The notes under the pieces were generated by a model. The model made no database searches, was not told where the DNA came from, and worked only from the letters and a program-made list of their open reading frames with translations. A stretch of DNA of 64,000 nt from Octopus bimaculoides (Eukaryota), in NCBI RefSeq assembly GCF_001194135.2, contig NC_068981.1:104599087-104663086 (forward strand), written 5' to 3'. Each line of letters starts with the position of its first letter. Position 1 is the first letter of the stretch. Positions 49,681 to 63,599 of the stretch are shown in pieces. A program made the position numbers and the translations under genes.

Positions 49681-49916
49681 CAGTGGTTTTCAACACCTTA
49701 TACTTATGGACCCCTCTGATTTCTATTTTACTCTACTAGACCTCCATAGCTGTTCAGTGTATATTTTAAAAGGTCCTACTATATTTTTTACAATTAAATA
49801 TTGTTAGGAATTGTATAAAACATCAAAATATTTTGTGTATTATAGAAGTATAAGCAATTTGTTGTAGATAAATTTTAACAACAAAATCTTATATGGACCC
49901 CGGTTGAGAACCACTG
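49681..49916. mobile_element. hAT (Charlie-like) MITE, 236 bp
   Basis: TIRs cagtggttttcaac / gttgagaaccactg; 8-bp flanks atccaagg / atctaatg (6/8). Confidence 0.8.
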
Positions 49917-50699
49917 ATCTAATGTTTAAAGAATTAGCTAGCTTGAAGCATATTGCAGAATGGAGAAGTAAAATGCTTCCTTCTCACCTTTAGTCTTTCT
50001 GCTTTACTTCAGCTAGTCGACAAGAAAGACTATGTACCTTATCCTTCCAACAACCACCATGCTGAAAATCCCATAATGTAGTTGTAGAATTTAATCTACG
50101 TTCAAACTTTCATGCTTATGTATCATACTGCAAGACAGTACCAGTGAACTAAGAGCTAATGTACATAGACCTTATTCAACTGCTGAACCAAAATTAGAAT
50201 ATTTAAGTTGCACAGTTAGCTGTGTAATTTAGAAGATGAACTATCAACTGAATGGGTTTCTAGCCTTTATTTGTCAGTCCAGTAGTTAACAGTGTGAACA
50301 ATAAACTTCCACCAGTGCAATAGGCAGGTTTGCAGAGAAATTGTAATAGATATTCTAACATAAAAAGAAGAAAGCCATGAACAAAAATGTTCTTGGATGA
50401 TGGTCATAAATATATATCATTATCCTCACCATCAAATGGTCTGTACTTGAAAGAGTAAAAAATAGACCCAGAAATGAAACAGAGAGCTCAAGTGAACTCA
50501 TTTAGTTCCATAGAATTGTTATAACCCGTTCGTGAACTTCATGGGACTGACACCTTATTGCATATTTTTAGTATTTAACAAATGAGATCTGTTTCTTCCT
50601 GCATAGATGGTTTATTATTATTATTCATATTCAGTGTAACTATCTTTCATTGTAGCCATCACCTATCAACACTATCCTTCTTCATTTTAACCATTTCTC

Positions 50700-51070
50700 A
50701 TCAGCATATCTACACACCATCAATATAACTACACACCTTCAATATAACCACACACCATCAATATAACCACACACCATCAATATAACCACACACTATCAAT
50801 ATAACCACACACCATCAATATAACCACACAGCATCAATATAACCATACAACATCAATATAACCTCACAACATCAATATAACCACAGGACATCAGCATAAC
50901 CATGCAACATCAATTTAACCACCTATCAATATAATTATCCATCAACATAACCATGCACCAACATTACCACACGTTTTCAGCATAACTATTACCCCACTGA
51001 TATGATCACACTTCACTGACATAATCATGCATCATCAATATAACCACTCCCCACCAGCTAAACTACACCC
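50700..51070. repeat. 19-bp minisatellite (acacaccatcaatataacc)n
   Basis: Near-perfect units at about 50715-50880, decaying rightwards. Confidence 0.95.
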
Positions 51071-51665
51071 CACCATTTTTTTATTGAGTAAGTATCAGGG
51101 ACAACTCCAAAACACATTTCCTTTCCATAGAAGACTTCTGCAAATGTACAGCATTACTATAATTTCAGTATGTGCTGGCATCGCTGCCTGATAAAGTGGT
51201 TCTAGATTTGAGCCTACTGTCTGACACCGTTGGCGAGTCTTCTAGTATAATGTTGAGTTAAACAATACTTTGAGTGGAATTTTGTTGACAGAAACTGTGC
51301 AGAAGCTCATTGTATATGTATGTAAAGAAGATAATTTATCCACTTGATAAAAATAGAGATCAAGAAAATAAGTACTAGACTGAACTGAAGTTCTGGGGTT
51401 GATATGGCATTATTAAAAAAAGATATAACCCTGAAAGCTGGTGTGTAATCATGGTCACAGACCAGTGACAGTTTTGCTTCTTTTTTTTTTGTTACTGTCT
51501 TTTTATAATGATGACTGGAAAATAAATCAGGCTTTCACAAGTGGTCAGATCTACCATATTCAGGTCTACTTATTGTCACTGATTGTCCAATTGCCAAAAT
51601 AAACATATACATTTTACTACTACTGCTGCTGCTGCTACATTCTATCATTATTTATTATTTTATAG

Positions 51666-51770
51666 TATATACAAATACCAGGATTAATGCTCCCAGGTAA
51701 AACTGCTTTTAAGAATATCAACAAAGAATTTCTTGAAAAACGGCGGAGAGGTCTCAATGCTTATTTGCAG
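51666..51770 (+). CDS. SNX13: SNX13 exon (PX domain)
   Basis: ttatag|...|gtaagt; phase 0->0; YIQIPGLMLPGKTAFKNINKEFLEKRRRGLNAYLQ. Confidence 0.96.
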
Positions 51771-51863
51771 GTAAGTTAATTATGTTGCTTATTTGTTTTG
51801 TAATAGAATTTAGTTGTGACAATATATATGTCTTTGATGTTAAAATTAAAAGTGTAATTTTAT

Positions 51864-51917
51864 ACTCTTAAGATCAAGTTCAAAATTCATACTCTTGAGA
51901 TCAAGTTTAAAATTCAC
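51864..51917. repeat. 27-bp tandem duplication
   Basis: actcttaagatcaagttcaaaattcat / actcttgagatcaagtttaaaattcac. Confidence 0.9.
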
Positions 51918-52539
51918 ATCAACAAAAACATTCCAGTCTATGAAAACTATGCTGTAAGTAATGGCTGGATACAAAAAACAATTTCAACCCTTTAGCATTC
52001 GGATTACTCTGTTAAATGTAAAGCTTATTTATCTACATTGTTTTGAATTAATCATACATCATCTTGTAGTTTCAAGATTTCAATGATGTGATTATGTATT
52101 TTTAGAATGACATTGTTGGGTAGGTGTGAGAGGCCAGTTTGAATATAAAATAGGTAGAATATGTGGGCTAAATATAGCTGGTTTTTAATGCTAAAGGATT
52201 AAAAATACAGATGATGATCTTATTCTGTTTAAACTAAGCTGGAACATACATGCAAAAATATTATAGTGATTACTTCATTTGAAGTATTGAAGGTGTAACT
52301 GCAAGGCCAGAAAAAAAGCATTCTAAGACATGCTAATCTGGAAGTATAGATCATATATGATGTTTTATATAAATCTATGATAAAGGGACACACAATACTA
52401 CTGTTGGAAGCCAATGAAAAAGAAATAGAATAATGTTGAATTGTGGGGCTCAGAATTAAATTGCAAGTCCAAAAGAACAATATGATGCTATATCAATTTT
52501 TTTTTAGCGTGTCTAATTTTGCTATGCTTTGTTTTGTAG

Positions 52540-52650
52540 TTCGTCATGAATGCAGAGCTGTGGCAATCATACCCAGGTTTAGAAGATCTGGTAAATCAGT
52601 TTTTGGCACCTGGTCTTTGGGAGAAGCACAAAAGTGAGCTGGCTCGTAAG
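52540..52650 (+). CDS. SNX13: SNX13 exon (PX end)
   Basis: ttgtag|...|gttaga; phase 0->0; FVMNAELWQSYPGLEDLVNQFLAPGLWEKHKSELARK. Confidence 0.92.
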
Positions 52651-55600
52651 GTTAGATATTTTTCATTTGATCCACCCTAATTGGCAAGTGAATATTAAAA
52701 TGTTTTCAGTTAGCATTCAACATATAAAAAACACAGTTATGTAATATTTGTTATTAACCTTTCATTCTAGGTCCTATTTTGTTGCATAGAATAATAGAAT
52801 TTGTTAGTTGCTTATGTAAACATAACTATAGTTTCTTATTTATCCTAATGACAGTTTTTTTAAAACTTAGACATAACATTACTAATAATAAATATGCATA
52901 AAGGAGTCCAACTCCTGCCAGCATGGACAACGGATGTTAAATGATGATGCACCCATGCATACACACATGATTTAATGTCATGTATACTAGTGTATGCATA
53001 TATATATAGTCACGTTGCCATGTGAAGTAGTGTGTATATCACCACTTTTTATGTCCACTTTCCATGTTCAGCAGGCCTCAATGGATTAGAGGACCATGCT
53101 CCAGTTCTCAGTTTTGGTTTGGTCTCTACTGCTGAATGCTCTTCTTAAGACAAACCACTTCTGGGTTATGATGTGCATTTTTACATTGCACCAGCACTGC
53201 AGAGGTTGTCTTTCCCTTGGCATAACTAAAGACTTCTCTCAACCTTTGCTTGATTAGTTAACAACTTTACAGGTTTTATTTAGCGACTGCTTTAATCATG
53301 CCAGTAATGCAAGTGACATCGCCTTGTTACTCACAAAATAAAAGTGCTGCCATGATTGAAAGAAGGATAGGAAAGAGAGTGATGGCTTTAAGTGAGGTGT
53401 TGAGAAAAGTAGTTATAGTATGATGGGGAGAAATGGAATTATTTATATTGTTGTGAGTTTGTAGGGTGGAAATGAGCAGTAGAGGAGACAATGTTGGGAA
53501 TGGAAATGATGGAGGAGACCTAAGAAAGGGGAAGAGTACATGTATGTGTATATATAGTATTTATTTATAAGTGCAGTATGGCTGAATAATTAAGACATTC
53601 ACTTCACAACCATAAGGTCCCAGGTTTCATCCCAGTGTATGGCATCTTGGGAAAATGTCATTTGCTATCACCTCAGGTCAATCCTTACCTTGTGAGTGAA
53701 AACTGGGTAGACAGAGACTGTATAGAAGCCAATCAAATGGATTGTAGCTGTAATGGAAAAGGTACAGCCTCATTGCATGTACTGTATCACACTGTTCTTT
53801 CTGAGTGTTACATTATTATGCCTGTGGAATATTCAACCACTTAAATATTAATTTTGGAGCACCACCATCACCACCACTACCACACATGTATATATATATA
53901 TATATATATATACGCACACACATATATAAACTGGAAATAGGGATTCAATGAATGAAACTGTACTCATGGTAAGCTCTCCACAATGTGTTCAGCTGTCAAG
54001 AGAACCAAATATTACTGGTGAAATGTTCTGAAGCACAGTTTTATTCATTATATTACAATACAATTCTGTGTGTACATCTATATGCATACTTTAGCATCCA
54101 TGATATAACTGGATACAGATTATGAAACAACTGTAAACACATGGAATAAATATTTTGATCTCTCTTGTCTCCCAAATTTGATTAATTATTTTATATATGC
54201 TTGTGTATGTGTGTGCATATTTATATATAAAATTCTAAAACATTTTTACTGGTTCCAACTGTGGGTATGTTGAGGCACAGCCTTCAAGGGTTTAGTTGAT
54301 CATATTAACCCCAGTACTTATTTCAGTATGCAATGAGCTTCTCTACATTTTCTGTTTACTAATTCAGCTTGCAGACATTGGTAGGTCCAAGGCACTTGTA
54401 CAAAGTACCATGTAGTAAGACTGAAAGCCAACTAGTTACAAAGTGGGCTCTGTATTCACATATGTAGATGTGTGTACACACATATTTATTTATAGTTTTA
54501 TAAGATAAGCTCCTCTAATATATCTAGTCTAAACCAAGACGACTGACTTGTTTCCTCTGGGTATCACCTAACATTTGAGATTCTTTTGGTAATAGATTTA
54601 AAAAAAAAATTTGGTTGGTACAAAAATAATATTGGTATCTGTTAACTCTTTGTTACAGTGTAACTTACCTATTTTAAGATTTTGTAGTTGTTTTTTACCT
54701 TGTAGTTATTTTGTTTTGTTTGTTTGATTGTAAAGGACACCAGTAACTCACCATTTCAAAAATAAAAATTATATAAATGCTGTAAATAATTGTTTTCAAA
54801 AACTGCATGTGTATGAAAAGGATTTGAATTCTAAAAACTTTTGGTTTCAATCACGATTGGAAATGCTCATGATTTCTTTTTTTTTGCTCATTGGTCACAA
54901 TTAAGATGATAGTTTCTCTAAGTAAAAAAAAAGGTAGAAATAGCAGTAGAAATGTAGGGTCAATAAGTTTCACCATAAAGGAGTTCGAAAAGTGGTAAGA
55001 ACTTTTGAGAGAAATCTTCTCCATTAAATGATATTTTGAATAAAGTTGCATTTTGAAACTTGTTTGAAAAATCATTTGTCAAATTAGGATTTTTTTTCCT
55101 GTCGTTATTCTGTTCAGACATTATCCATTGCAACCCATATTGTAGATGTTGATTTGTAAATGTTAATGGTTGAGAAGTTTTAGACTTAATTTCAAAAGTA
55201 TTCCAGCCATGACCATCCCATATTTTTCCTAGTCATTGTGTACCCTGGACTACATTATTCAATATGTTCTTTTTTATTTTAAAACAATAGGGTGTGATTT
55301 GATTAATATTCAACTGCTATCTCTAGCAGATTGAGCGATACCATAGGGGCACCTTTATTGATGAGGTTGTTATGCAGCTGTTTACAGAGTTGTAATATAC
55401 TCTTGAAAATCGCTAATCAATAAAAATGACTATCTAAATGCATAAGAAAATGTCCTTTATCATTTTTCTTTAATACACATAAAAAACTTTCCTTACCATT
55501 TATATGAATGAATATGTATGATTTGTATTAATTCAATTGCTGAAAACTTTAAACAAAATAAAACTTCCTTCATTAAAAAGTAAGCAATAACACTTCAGCC

Positions 55601-55762
55601 AAAATGAAACCTATATTGGTATCATATAGTTTTCGTTGCAGACTAACATAAATCAGAAAAGTATTATGCTTGTCTAAGTCATGCTATTAGTTTTTCAGTT
55701 GTTTATAATAATAATAATAATATATTTATTTACATTTGATATTTGATATCTTATTACTTATA

Positions 55763-57052
55763 TCAGGTCATTAAGAATGAAATGTCCAACTTTGAACTGA
55801 AAGTTTATTTGTCTTAACAAAAAGCAATGCAGTTAGTCAAAGTATGCACCTAAAAACACAATATTTATGCTGGCAGCGAAAAATTCTGGAGCGCAAGAGG
55901 TGATGAAATCATAAAAGGCGGTTTTTGTATCTTCAGATTTGAAGGTTTTTTCCTTGCAAAAAGTTGTCTAATGCCTGGAAAACGTGATAGTCAGTTGGGT
56001 GCAAAGTCTGGTGAATATAGTGGATGACAGTATTTCCAAGTTCAGTTCCTATAACTTGAGTTGTGTTCTTTGTACGACGTGTGGTCAAGCATTGTCTTGC
56101 AAGAGAATTGGCCTGTCTCTATTGACCAATCTCAGTTGTTTAATTGCAAATTCACTCATCATTTGGTTGTGGTATGCATCATTTGGTTGTGGTATGCATC
56201 CACTGTAATTGACTTACCAGGCCTCATGAAATTGTAGTGGATGACACCAGTGCTGGATCACCAAACAGACACCATTAGCTTTTTTGGTGAATATTTTTTT
56301 TGGATTGTGTTTTGGCACTTTGTCTCTATCCAACCACTATGCAGCTCACTTGCTATTGTTGGAAAGAATCCATTTTCCATCACATAACAATACAGTGCAA
56401 AAATGGTTCACTTTTAAGCTGTGACAGCAAAGAACAAGTTTCAAGATGACGTGTCATTTGATGCTCATTCAATTCATGTGATACCCACTTGTCCAGCTTC
56501 TTTACCTTGCCGATTTGTTTCAGATGGTCCAATACAGTTGGAATCAAAACATCAAACCTTGCTGCTAACTCACGCATAGTTTGAGATGTATCTGTTTCCA
56601 CTACAGTTTCCAGTTCATTATTATCCACCTTGGTCTCAAGTCTACTGTGGAGCTGATTTTTCAAGAGTAAAGTCACCAGAATGGAACTTCTCAAACCATT
56701 GAAGAAGATTCTTAGTCTTACATATATTTCAGCTACATATATCCTGCATTATTATTACAGTGGACTCATTCGCCACAAACACCTCATTGATGTTTTGAGC
56801 CGTCTGGGATGCATTGGTTCCACGACAGAACTCATATTCATAAACAACATGAATTTTTGATCTATCTATAAGTTCACAAAATTTGATTTACAAGAGAAAA
56901 CTTGCAATATAATCAGACACCGTGAATTGCATTTTGAAAAGTGATGTAACTCTTCAATGTTGTTAAACAAAGATTTCTCAGGATAAAACAGAGTTAACGA
57001 TTATCAAACTTGGTGCATAAGAAAATCAGACATTTCATTCTTTATGACCTAA
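55763..57052 (-). mobile_element. Full-length (about 1.29 kb) decayed mariner
   Basis: TIRs TA-tcaggtcattaagaatgaaatgtc and gacatttcattctttatgacctaa-TA; minus-strand TMRELAARFDV...KVKKLDKWVSHEL; internal insertion and 20-bp duplication near 56157-56200. Confidence 0.92.
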
Positions 57053-58072
57053 TATTTACATTTTAAATGTTATGATGTAACTGTATGGATTGATATTAAT
57101 ACACAGTGAATTTGAAATTATTTAAATATCTTTTTTTGTATGTAACCTGTTTATTTTAAATGAACCTCAGTTATTAGTATGTGATACTTTCAGTTTGTAC
57201 TTTTTGCACATGTGATTTAACACTTTTTTGCCTTTTTTTATCATTTACATATGATATGTTTCTTTTATTTTTATCTCGATATATTCATAATGCATTCCAT
57301 TTTGTTGTTTGTTGTAACAGTTAAATGCCTGCTGTCTTTAATTACATAGAAGAGGCACTGAGCTTTCAATGTTTTGGGCAAGAGATTTATTATTTCTTCC
57401 TCAGCAACTCAGTTTCTTTTTTTTTAATGCTTGTGCATTTGCTTTTTTTTTTTATGAAAAAAATGTTTCATTATAAACTTTGATTTAATTCCTTTACAAT
57501 CAGCACAGTTTCACACTTCTACTTAAGTCAAGGCCACCAAGCAGTCATAGTATATAAATGGATCCATGCTGCAGTTTTTACTCTTTTTTGGGATGGTTGA
57601 GTTTTTAAGTGTTATCGTATTTAACCTCATTGAAATTTACCATAGTATTTGGGTCACAGGATAGTTTTATTAAGTTAAACATGCTGAATTACTACCTTCA
57701 TAAGAGCAAGATAATTATTATTTCTAACACAAGCTAAACTAAACTATTAACTTTCATCATAAACTTATTTCTTTAATACTTGATACTGGTTGTGGGTACT
57801 ATAATTTATAATGCAGAAACTGTATTTCTTTCTTGGAATATCTCTTCCTATAAACATTAAACCTGTGTGAATTGCACTTCACTTAAAACTAACTCTGTTT
57901 TTTTTCATCATTTGCATCTGCTAATCCTACCAAATAACATAATAGAGAAAATATATTGGTATTGCAATGATGTAGTAGAATTCTCTATCATTGAACTAAC
58001 AATGGTGTCCTTTCTCCTACAAAAACATACTAGCCAGCTAACAACAGCCAATTAGCCCCTAGAAGTTGCTGT

Positions 58073-58074
<2 letters not shown>

Positions 58075-58130
<56 letters not shown>

Positions 58131-58150
58131 GCTGCTGCTGCTACTGCCAC
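58075..58150. repeat. (ACT)n(GCT)n trinucleotide repeat
   Basis: Directly visible, about 70 nt upstream of exon 58222. Confidence 0.95.
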
Positions 58151-58221
58151 TAACTTTTTTTTTTTCTCTATGAACACCAACCCGATTTTTTGTTTTGTTT
58201 CATGCACTACTTTCCTTACAG

Positions 58222-58332
58222 ATGGAAATTCTTGTGACTCCTCTTCGTAGTTCTGTGCGGACTGTTGGAACTGCTGTCAAACATATGCCAGACGTGGCAG
58301 AAGGTGTGGGCAAGTTGTTTAATGTCAAAGGG
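58222..58332 (+). CDS. SNX13: SNX13 exon (post-PX)
   Basis: ttacag|...|gtaaga; phase 0->0; MEILVTPLRSSVRTVGTAVKHMPDVAEGVGKLFNVKG (human MDTFVNPLRNSMRNVSNAVKSLPD). Confidence 0.93.
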
Positions 58333-61059
58333 GTAAGATGTACCATTGTACTAGAAGATATAGCCATTTTTAGCAAGTCATCTCAGATCAGAAACCAATG
58401 TTCAGAATTTAACCTATGATATATATATTATATATATATCATATCTGGTGATTCAGACTTAAGATGATGATGTAACAAGCAAAAAGTTCTCTTAGAAGAT
58501 ATTTGATGATATAGAAATCTTACGTATACACAAACTTGAAAGTTGAAATGCATCCCAATTGTCTACACTCCCAAAATAAAGTCATCATGTATACTTGTTT
58601 ACTAGGATTTAGGAAGATCTTAAGAGGAATGTTATAAACAGGACACTAGAAGTCATTAACATTCATTCATTCATCTGTTCTTGCATCACATCATATTTGC
58701 TCTTTGAGTCTTGAGTACCTCATTTTGACGCTGGGAAAAATGAAGTTTATTGCCATTTTTAGTGATATCAAACATGGTCCTTTTTTTTCTAAAATGTGGC
58801 TGTGTCATTTTTGTATATTGTGGATATTATTGTAAATTTCAATCTGTTATGGATTGATTGTATTACAAATTTTGTTTGTGTATGTGATGGTCTCATAGTT
58901 TTTTATAACTCATCTTGCTCTTATTGGCTGGAGTGTCATCTACGATTTGACATAAGTGGTATAGAAGCTAAAAGCCTTTTCTGAGCCAAAAAGGGTTACC
59001 ATCATTTCGAATTTGGTTGTGAAGTCAGCTCAACAAGAAACCAATGACTTCAAACCCAAACACCATTATCATCACCATCTTCATTATCATCATCATCATC
59101 ACTAATTTAATATCCATCTTTCCATAGGTTAGATGGATGCTGAAAGAAAAATCTTTCAGTCTCAGCATAATAGTAAGGGCAAAAGTAATTTTAGGAAATA
59201 CATTTGTTACATATATCTCTAGCTCTTAAGATAAAGAGCAAATGAAGAAGATGCTTAGTCTTACATATATTTCAGCTACATATATCCTGCATTACTATTT
59301 TCCTAAACATGAACAATATGCATTTAAAATTCTCAAAGTTAATACAAATACTACATCTCATAATTCTTGATGATTTGATGACTCTTTTGGTCACCTCACA
59401 TCAACAAAAACTGCATCATAAAAACTTCACTTCCCCTTCAGAATAAGAAAATACCATAGAACTTGTTTACTCTTTGTAAAGCAAATGTGACCTTCAGTGG
59501 TGTATTGTTCACATATCTGGTAAGGCTCTCCTAACCCCCTACCAAAGAAACCTCAACCATTTGGCTGACTAGGAAAGACCCACCTACCAACAGACTACAA
59601 TTTCTGTCTTGGGCCACTGTTTTTTCTCAGCCTTTTGTACTGCTACTATAACAGTCTTTGTTCCACTGAATTAGCACATTATGTATATCCACTACTCAGA
59701 CCTGCCCAATGTCAGCCAGATTTTTCTTCATCTCTACATTAAAGGGATGCTGAATTCCTTGTAGAAGTGGTTATGAGAAAAACTAACAGGTCTCTTGTGA
59801 AGGTATATGGCCTTATGGTTATGGTGTTAACATCATGATCATGAGGTTGTCAAATCAGTCTCTAGACTAGGTAGCGCATTGTCTTTGAGAAAAGCATCAT
59901 TTAACATTATCTTTGATAAAAGCATCTATTCACCTGAAGATGAGTACCAGTCATTTGCTGGTACAGCCATCTTTCCCTCTAGCTGTCATCTCTCCGTTGA
60001 GAGAGCCAAGAGAGTGTCTGTGACACCCCGAAACAATTAGCAAAAGCTTGGTACATGATATCGAGTCATACTTGTGAAGTGATGGCTATGCTAGTTGTAG
60101 CACATTGGTGAATGGTTCTCTGCTACACAGCTATATGACAGATATGTGAGCAATAATTTGAACATGGCACCCACTTTCACTCTGAAGACATTCAGTAAAT
60201 GAAGAGAAATCTAGTGCTTAGGATGCAGTTTTTGTTATATGGGATTTCCACAAAACATCAATTATTGAGAGGCTTAGTAGTTGTATCTTTGCAGAGTTTG
60301 GACTGTATGTGGTTCAGGCATTAGGGCGGTATACTTGCTTATTCCTTCCAGCTACTACATTATTGGCCTGTTAGAATTAAAATAAAACTAATCGGGACAT
60401 ATTAACTCCTAAGAAATATTGTTCTTGAGAAATTTGTACCATTGATCATAGATCATAACCATGAAGAATATATTCATTTGGTTAAAAAAAAAAAAAAAAA
60501 GCAAAGTATGAAAATAAAATTGTCAGGATATTTTATTTGATTGAAATCATTTCACTAGTTTTGTATCTCTTCTGAAATGCCACCACAGTCTTTTTGCAAA
60601 ATATCAATGATCAAAATCTATCAGTCATATTTACATCTCATTGCTACTGACTCTAAATTCTCCTCCTGCATGAATTCACCATTCTCTGAAACACCTTCCG
60701 TAATACTTTTCACTTAATCCCATTCACAATGTAATTTTCTCTATATATTTTTCCTCTTCATTCACACTGCTATTTTCAAAATCAATTTTTTTCTACTCAT
60801 CTTTCACAGGGCAAAAATTTCTTTACAATATTTTGTTTTTAGCTAGTTGTTCTTAAATTGAAATTTCCCATTCTTGGTTTCTTAAAATAATTTTTTTTTT
60901 CTTTTATTTGGTGCTGCATTAATATAGATATTTAAAAATATAACCAGTTTTTAAATTAGTTACTTAGATTTTCACCTCTTCTTTCCTATTTAAATGTTTA
61001 CCACGACTGCTTTAATAAGTACAACTTATTAAAGTGTTACAAGACACTAACCTTGTCCA

Positions 61060-61073
61060 CACGCACGCGCACG

Positions 61074-61126
<53 letters not shown>
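61060..61126. repeat. (GCAC)n(CA)n microsatellite
   Basis: Directly visible. Confidence 0.95.
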
Positions 61127-61128
<2 letters not shown>

Positions 61129-62074
61129 CTGTATGCTGTTTAATTCTAATTATCTTGTCAGGGAGTTATATATAATTGATGTTTGAAATCTGTTTGATAG
61201 TTTATTGCAAAAAATGTTTCCATTCTCTTCCAAAAAGTATTGTAGTTGTGAGAAGACAACGTTACCAGATTAAAACTTCTGTATATGAAAATATGTTTAA
61301 TCTTGTTATATAGAAACATTCTTTAGTTAAGATCAAGTTAATATTAAAAAAATGCTAAGGGATCATACTTTCTCCTTATCTTTATTTTAACTGCTTGCAA
61401 CAAGATTAAGAATATATTTTCATATAAAAGATTTATGGAATTTCCTGTAACTGATGGGTGATTAATCTTAAATTCCAAGCAATACAAGAGCAGACTTAGT
61501 TGCAACAGTGTCTTAATAACGCAGCATAACTATTGCTGTTGATTCATCAAATCAGTACTATACTAACATACAGAGGGGTCTATATACTAACACGATAACA
61601 TCTTGAAGGTAGTAAACTTAATTTGGCCTCACCCTCATAAGGGTTTCTACATGGTTACACAACATGTGAGAGTATCTATTTTGAGCATACTGCTTGAAAT
61701 AGCAGTAACATTTCCCTCAACTTCACCATACCATCTTAGAAATAGAATGACTTATTCGATAATATAGCTGCTGATATATTGTTTGAAAGTGAGATGAGAT
61801 GGGCAAAACTAGGATACTTTGACCATAAGTTTAATTGATCAGAGATACTCCAGGGGTAATTAAAAAACATCCTACCCAAAGTATCAGTCAATACCTTCAA
61901 TAAACTTTCTGCCAACTTGATTTAAAAGTAGAGCAAGAAAAGTAAATTGGCTTACAACTACATTTTGATTGCATGCTACTGTTCCACCCAACTTTTCATA
62001 TCTGATATTCTAAAGAAAGCCTTATCATATCTGTGGTGTAAAGAATGGTAAATCAATATATTTAGGAACTACAA

Positions 62075-62310
62075 CAGTGGTTCTCAAACAGTGCACCACA
62101 GTGGTCCACAGTGCTGTGGTACACCACAGATTTTTAAACTTATAATTTACAGCTTTAGAAAATCATTACTTCAGGAAAGTAATGCTTGAATGTCTTGAAA
62201 AAGCATCTTAGTCATAATTCATTTATACACAAGTAAGATTAAACCTTGGCCAGATTTCAGCAATAGTTTTCTATGTTTTACTAAATTTTTAACGGTATTG
62301 AGAACCAAGG
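62075..62310. mobile_element. Degenerate hAT-type MITE
   Basis: cagtggttctcaaac ... ttgagaaccaagg; right TIR damaged, no TSD seen. Confidence 0.5.
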
Positions 62311-62922
62311 ACTCTTCTTAAGTGTTCTATTCACTACTTTGATACTCTAGGACTGCTGGAGTAGAGCTAACGAAAAAGTACTTAGCCAACAACAATGTCT
62401 ATGAAAACCCTGACAATACCAAACTTGCAAGGACATAACTGTGCTGATAAATATGTTATGATGGGTTTACTCTGAGTCAGGATTGCAAATCTTGACTTTG
62501 CATATAATGGTAGACTTAAAAATACGTCACTAATAGTATTATAGTAAAGTCACCACATATGTAGATTAAGCAGTTGAGGTAGCATACAGATATGGTCTTA
62601 AATCTCAGAGTTTTAATATGACAATAGCTTGTCACTAACCTTACCAGAAGAATAAAAGACAATATTGCACTAATGTTAAAGTTGAATCACAAAACTATTC
62701 ACTATTATTAGATAAGCTTTTTTTTCTATGCTTTGGTGAGCAATTTTCTTTTTAATTTGTGCTTTACTTATGCAATCATTTTAGATTGTTTGTGCTTATG
62801 GATGTAAATCTGTTGTAAATACCATGTTAGTTAGTAGTCATTGTAAAAAGTAAAAATGTCATTCACATTGTTAAAAAGACTTCATTTTTGCCCTGCTCAT
62901 GAATACTAAATTTCTTTTATAG

Positions 62923-62991
62923 CTGACAGCTAACTTACCTCGTAGTGAAGCTTTGGATAGTGGCAAAGTGGGTGCTGGACTTGACCCAGAC
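62923..62991 (+). CDS. SNX13: SNX13 exon (before PXC domain)
   Basis: ttatag|...|gtaagt; phase 0->0; LTANLPRSEALDSGKVGAGLDPD (human RVSAQLDDN). Confidence 0.85.
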
Positions 62992-63599
62992 GTAAGTACA
63001 TATGAAACAACATTAGATTCTTTCATTGGAATCATATTTATTTCTTAGCTTGATTGAAGGGCAGCATATTTGTTTGAAAATACAGTCAATTGAACTAAGT
63101 CCAGTCAATACCTGGTTCTTATATTTTATGGACACAATGACACAAATATTAAAGTAATTTCCAGTGGTATTTGAACTCTGAAACTAGAAGTACAAAACTG
63201 AAATTCTCTATGCATTTATTCTTATATTTAATTGTTTCTGTCACTGTTTCCTTCCACTTAATAGTTTCTTTTAATTAGGAAGTACAACATCAACAACAAT
63301 AATTGGTTTCTAATTTAGGTACAAGTTCAGCAAGTTTTGATGGGAGGGTTGCCACTGACTCATATTTTACCAACTTCTGAGGGATGAAAAGTAAAGTTGA
63401 CCTTGGTGGGATTTGATCTCAAATCAGTGATGACACTAAATACAACCTGATATTTAGTACAGTGCTCTACCATTTGTACCAGTAATGATGTGTTGTTTTT
63501 TTTTAACATTGACACAAGACCACCTATTGGAAGTTAAATCAGTGTCAGAATAGACAAGGCACTTGTTTTATCAACCCAGAAGATGAAGGGCTGTCATGG

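Noticed and set aside
50700-51070. Possible CRISPR-like array
   Set aside because: Units are contiguous with no unique spacers, the DNA is eukaryotic, and no cas genes are present.
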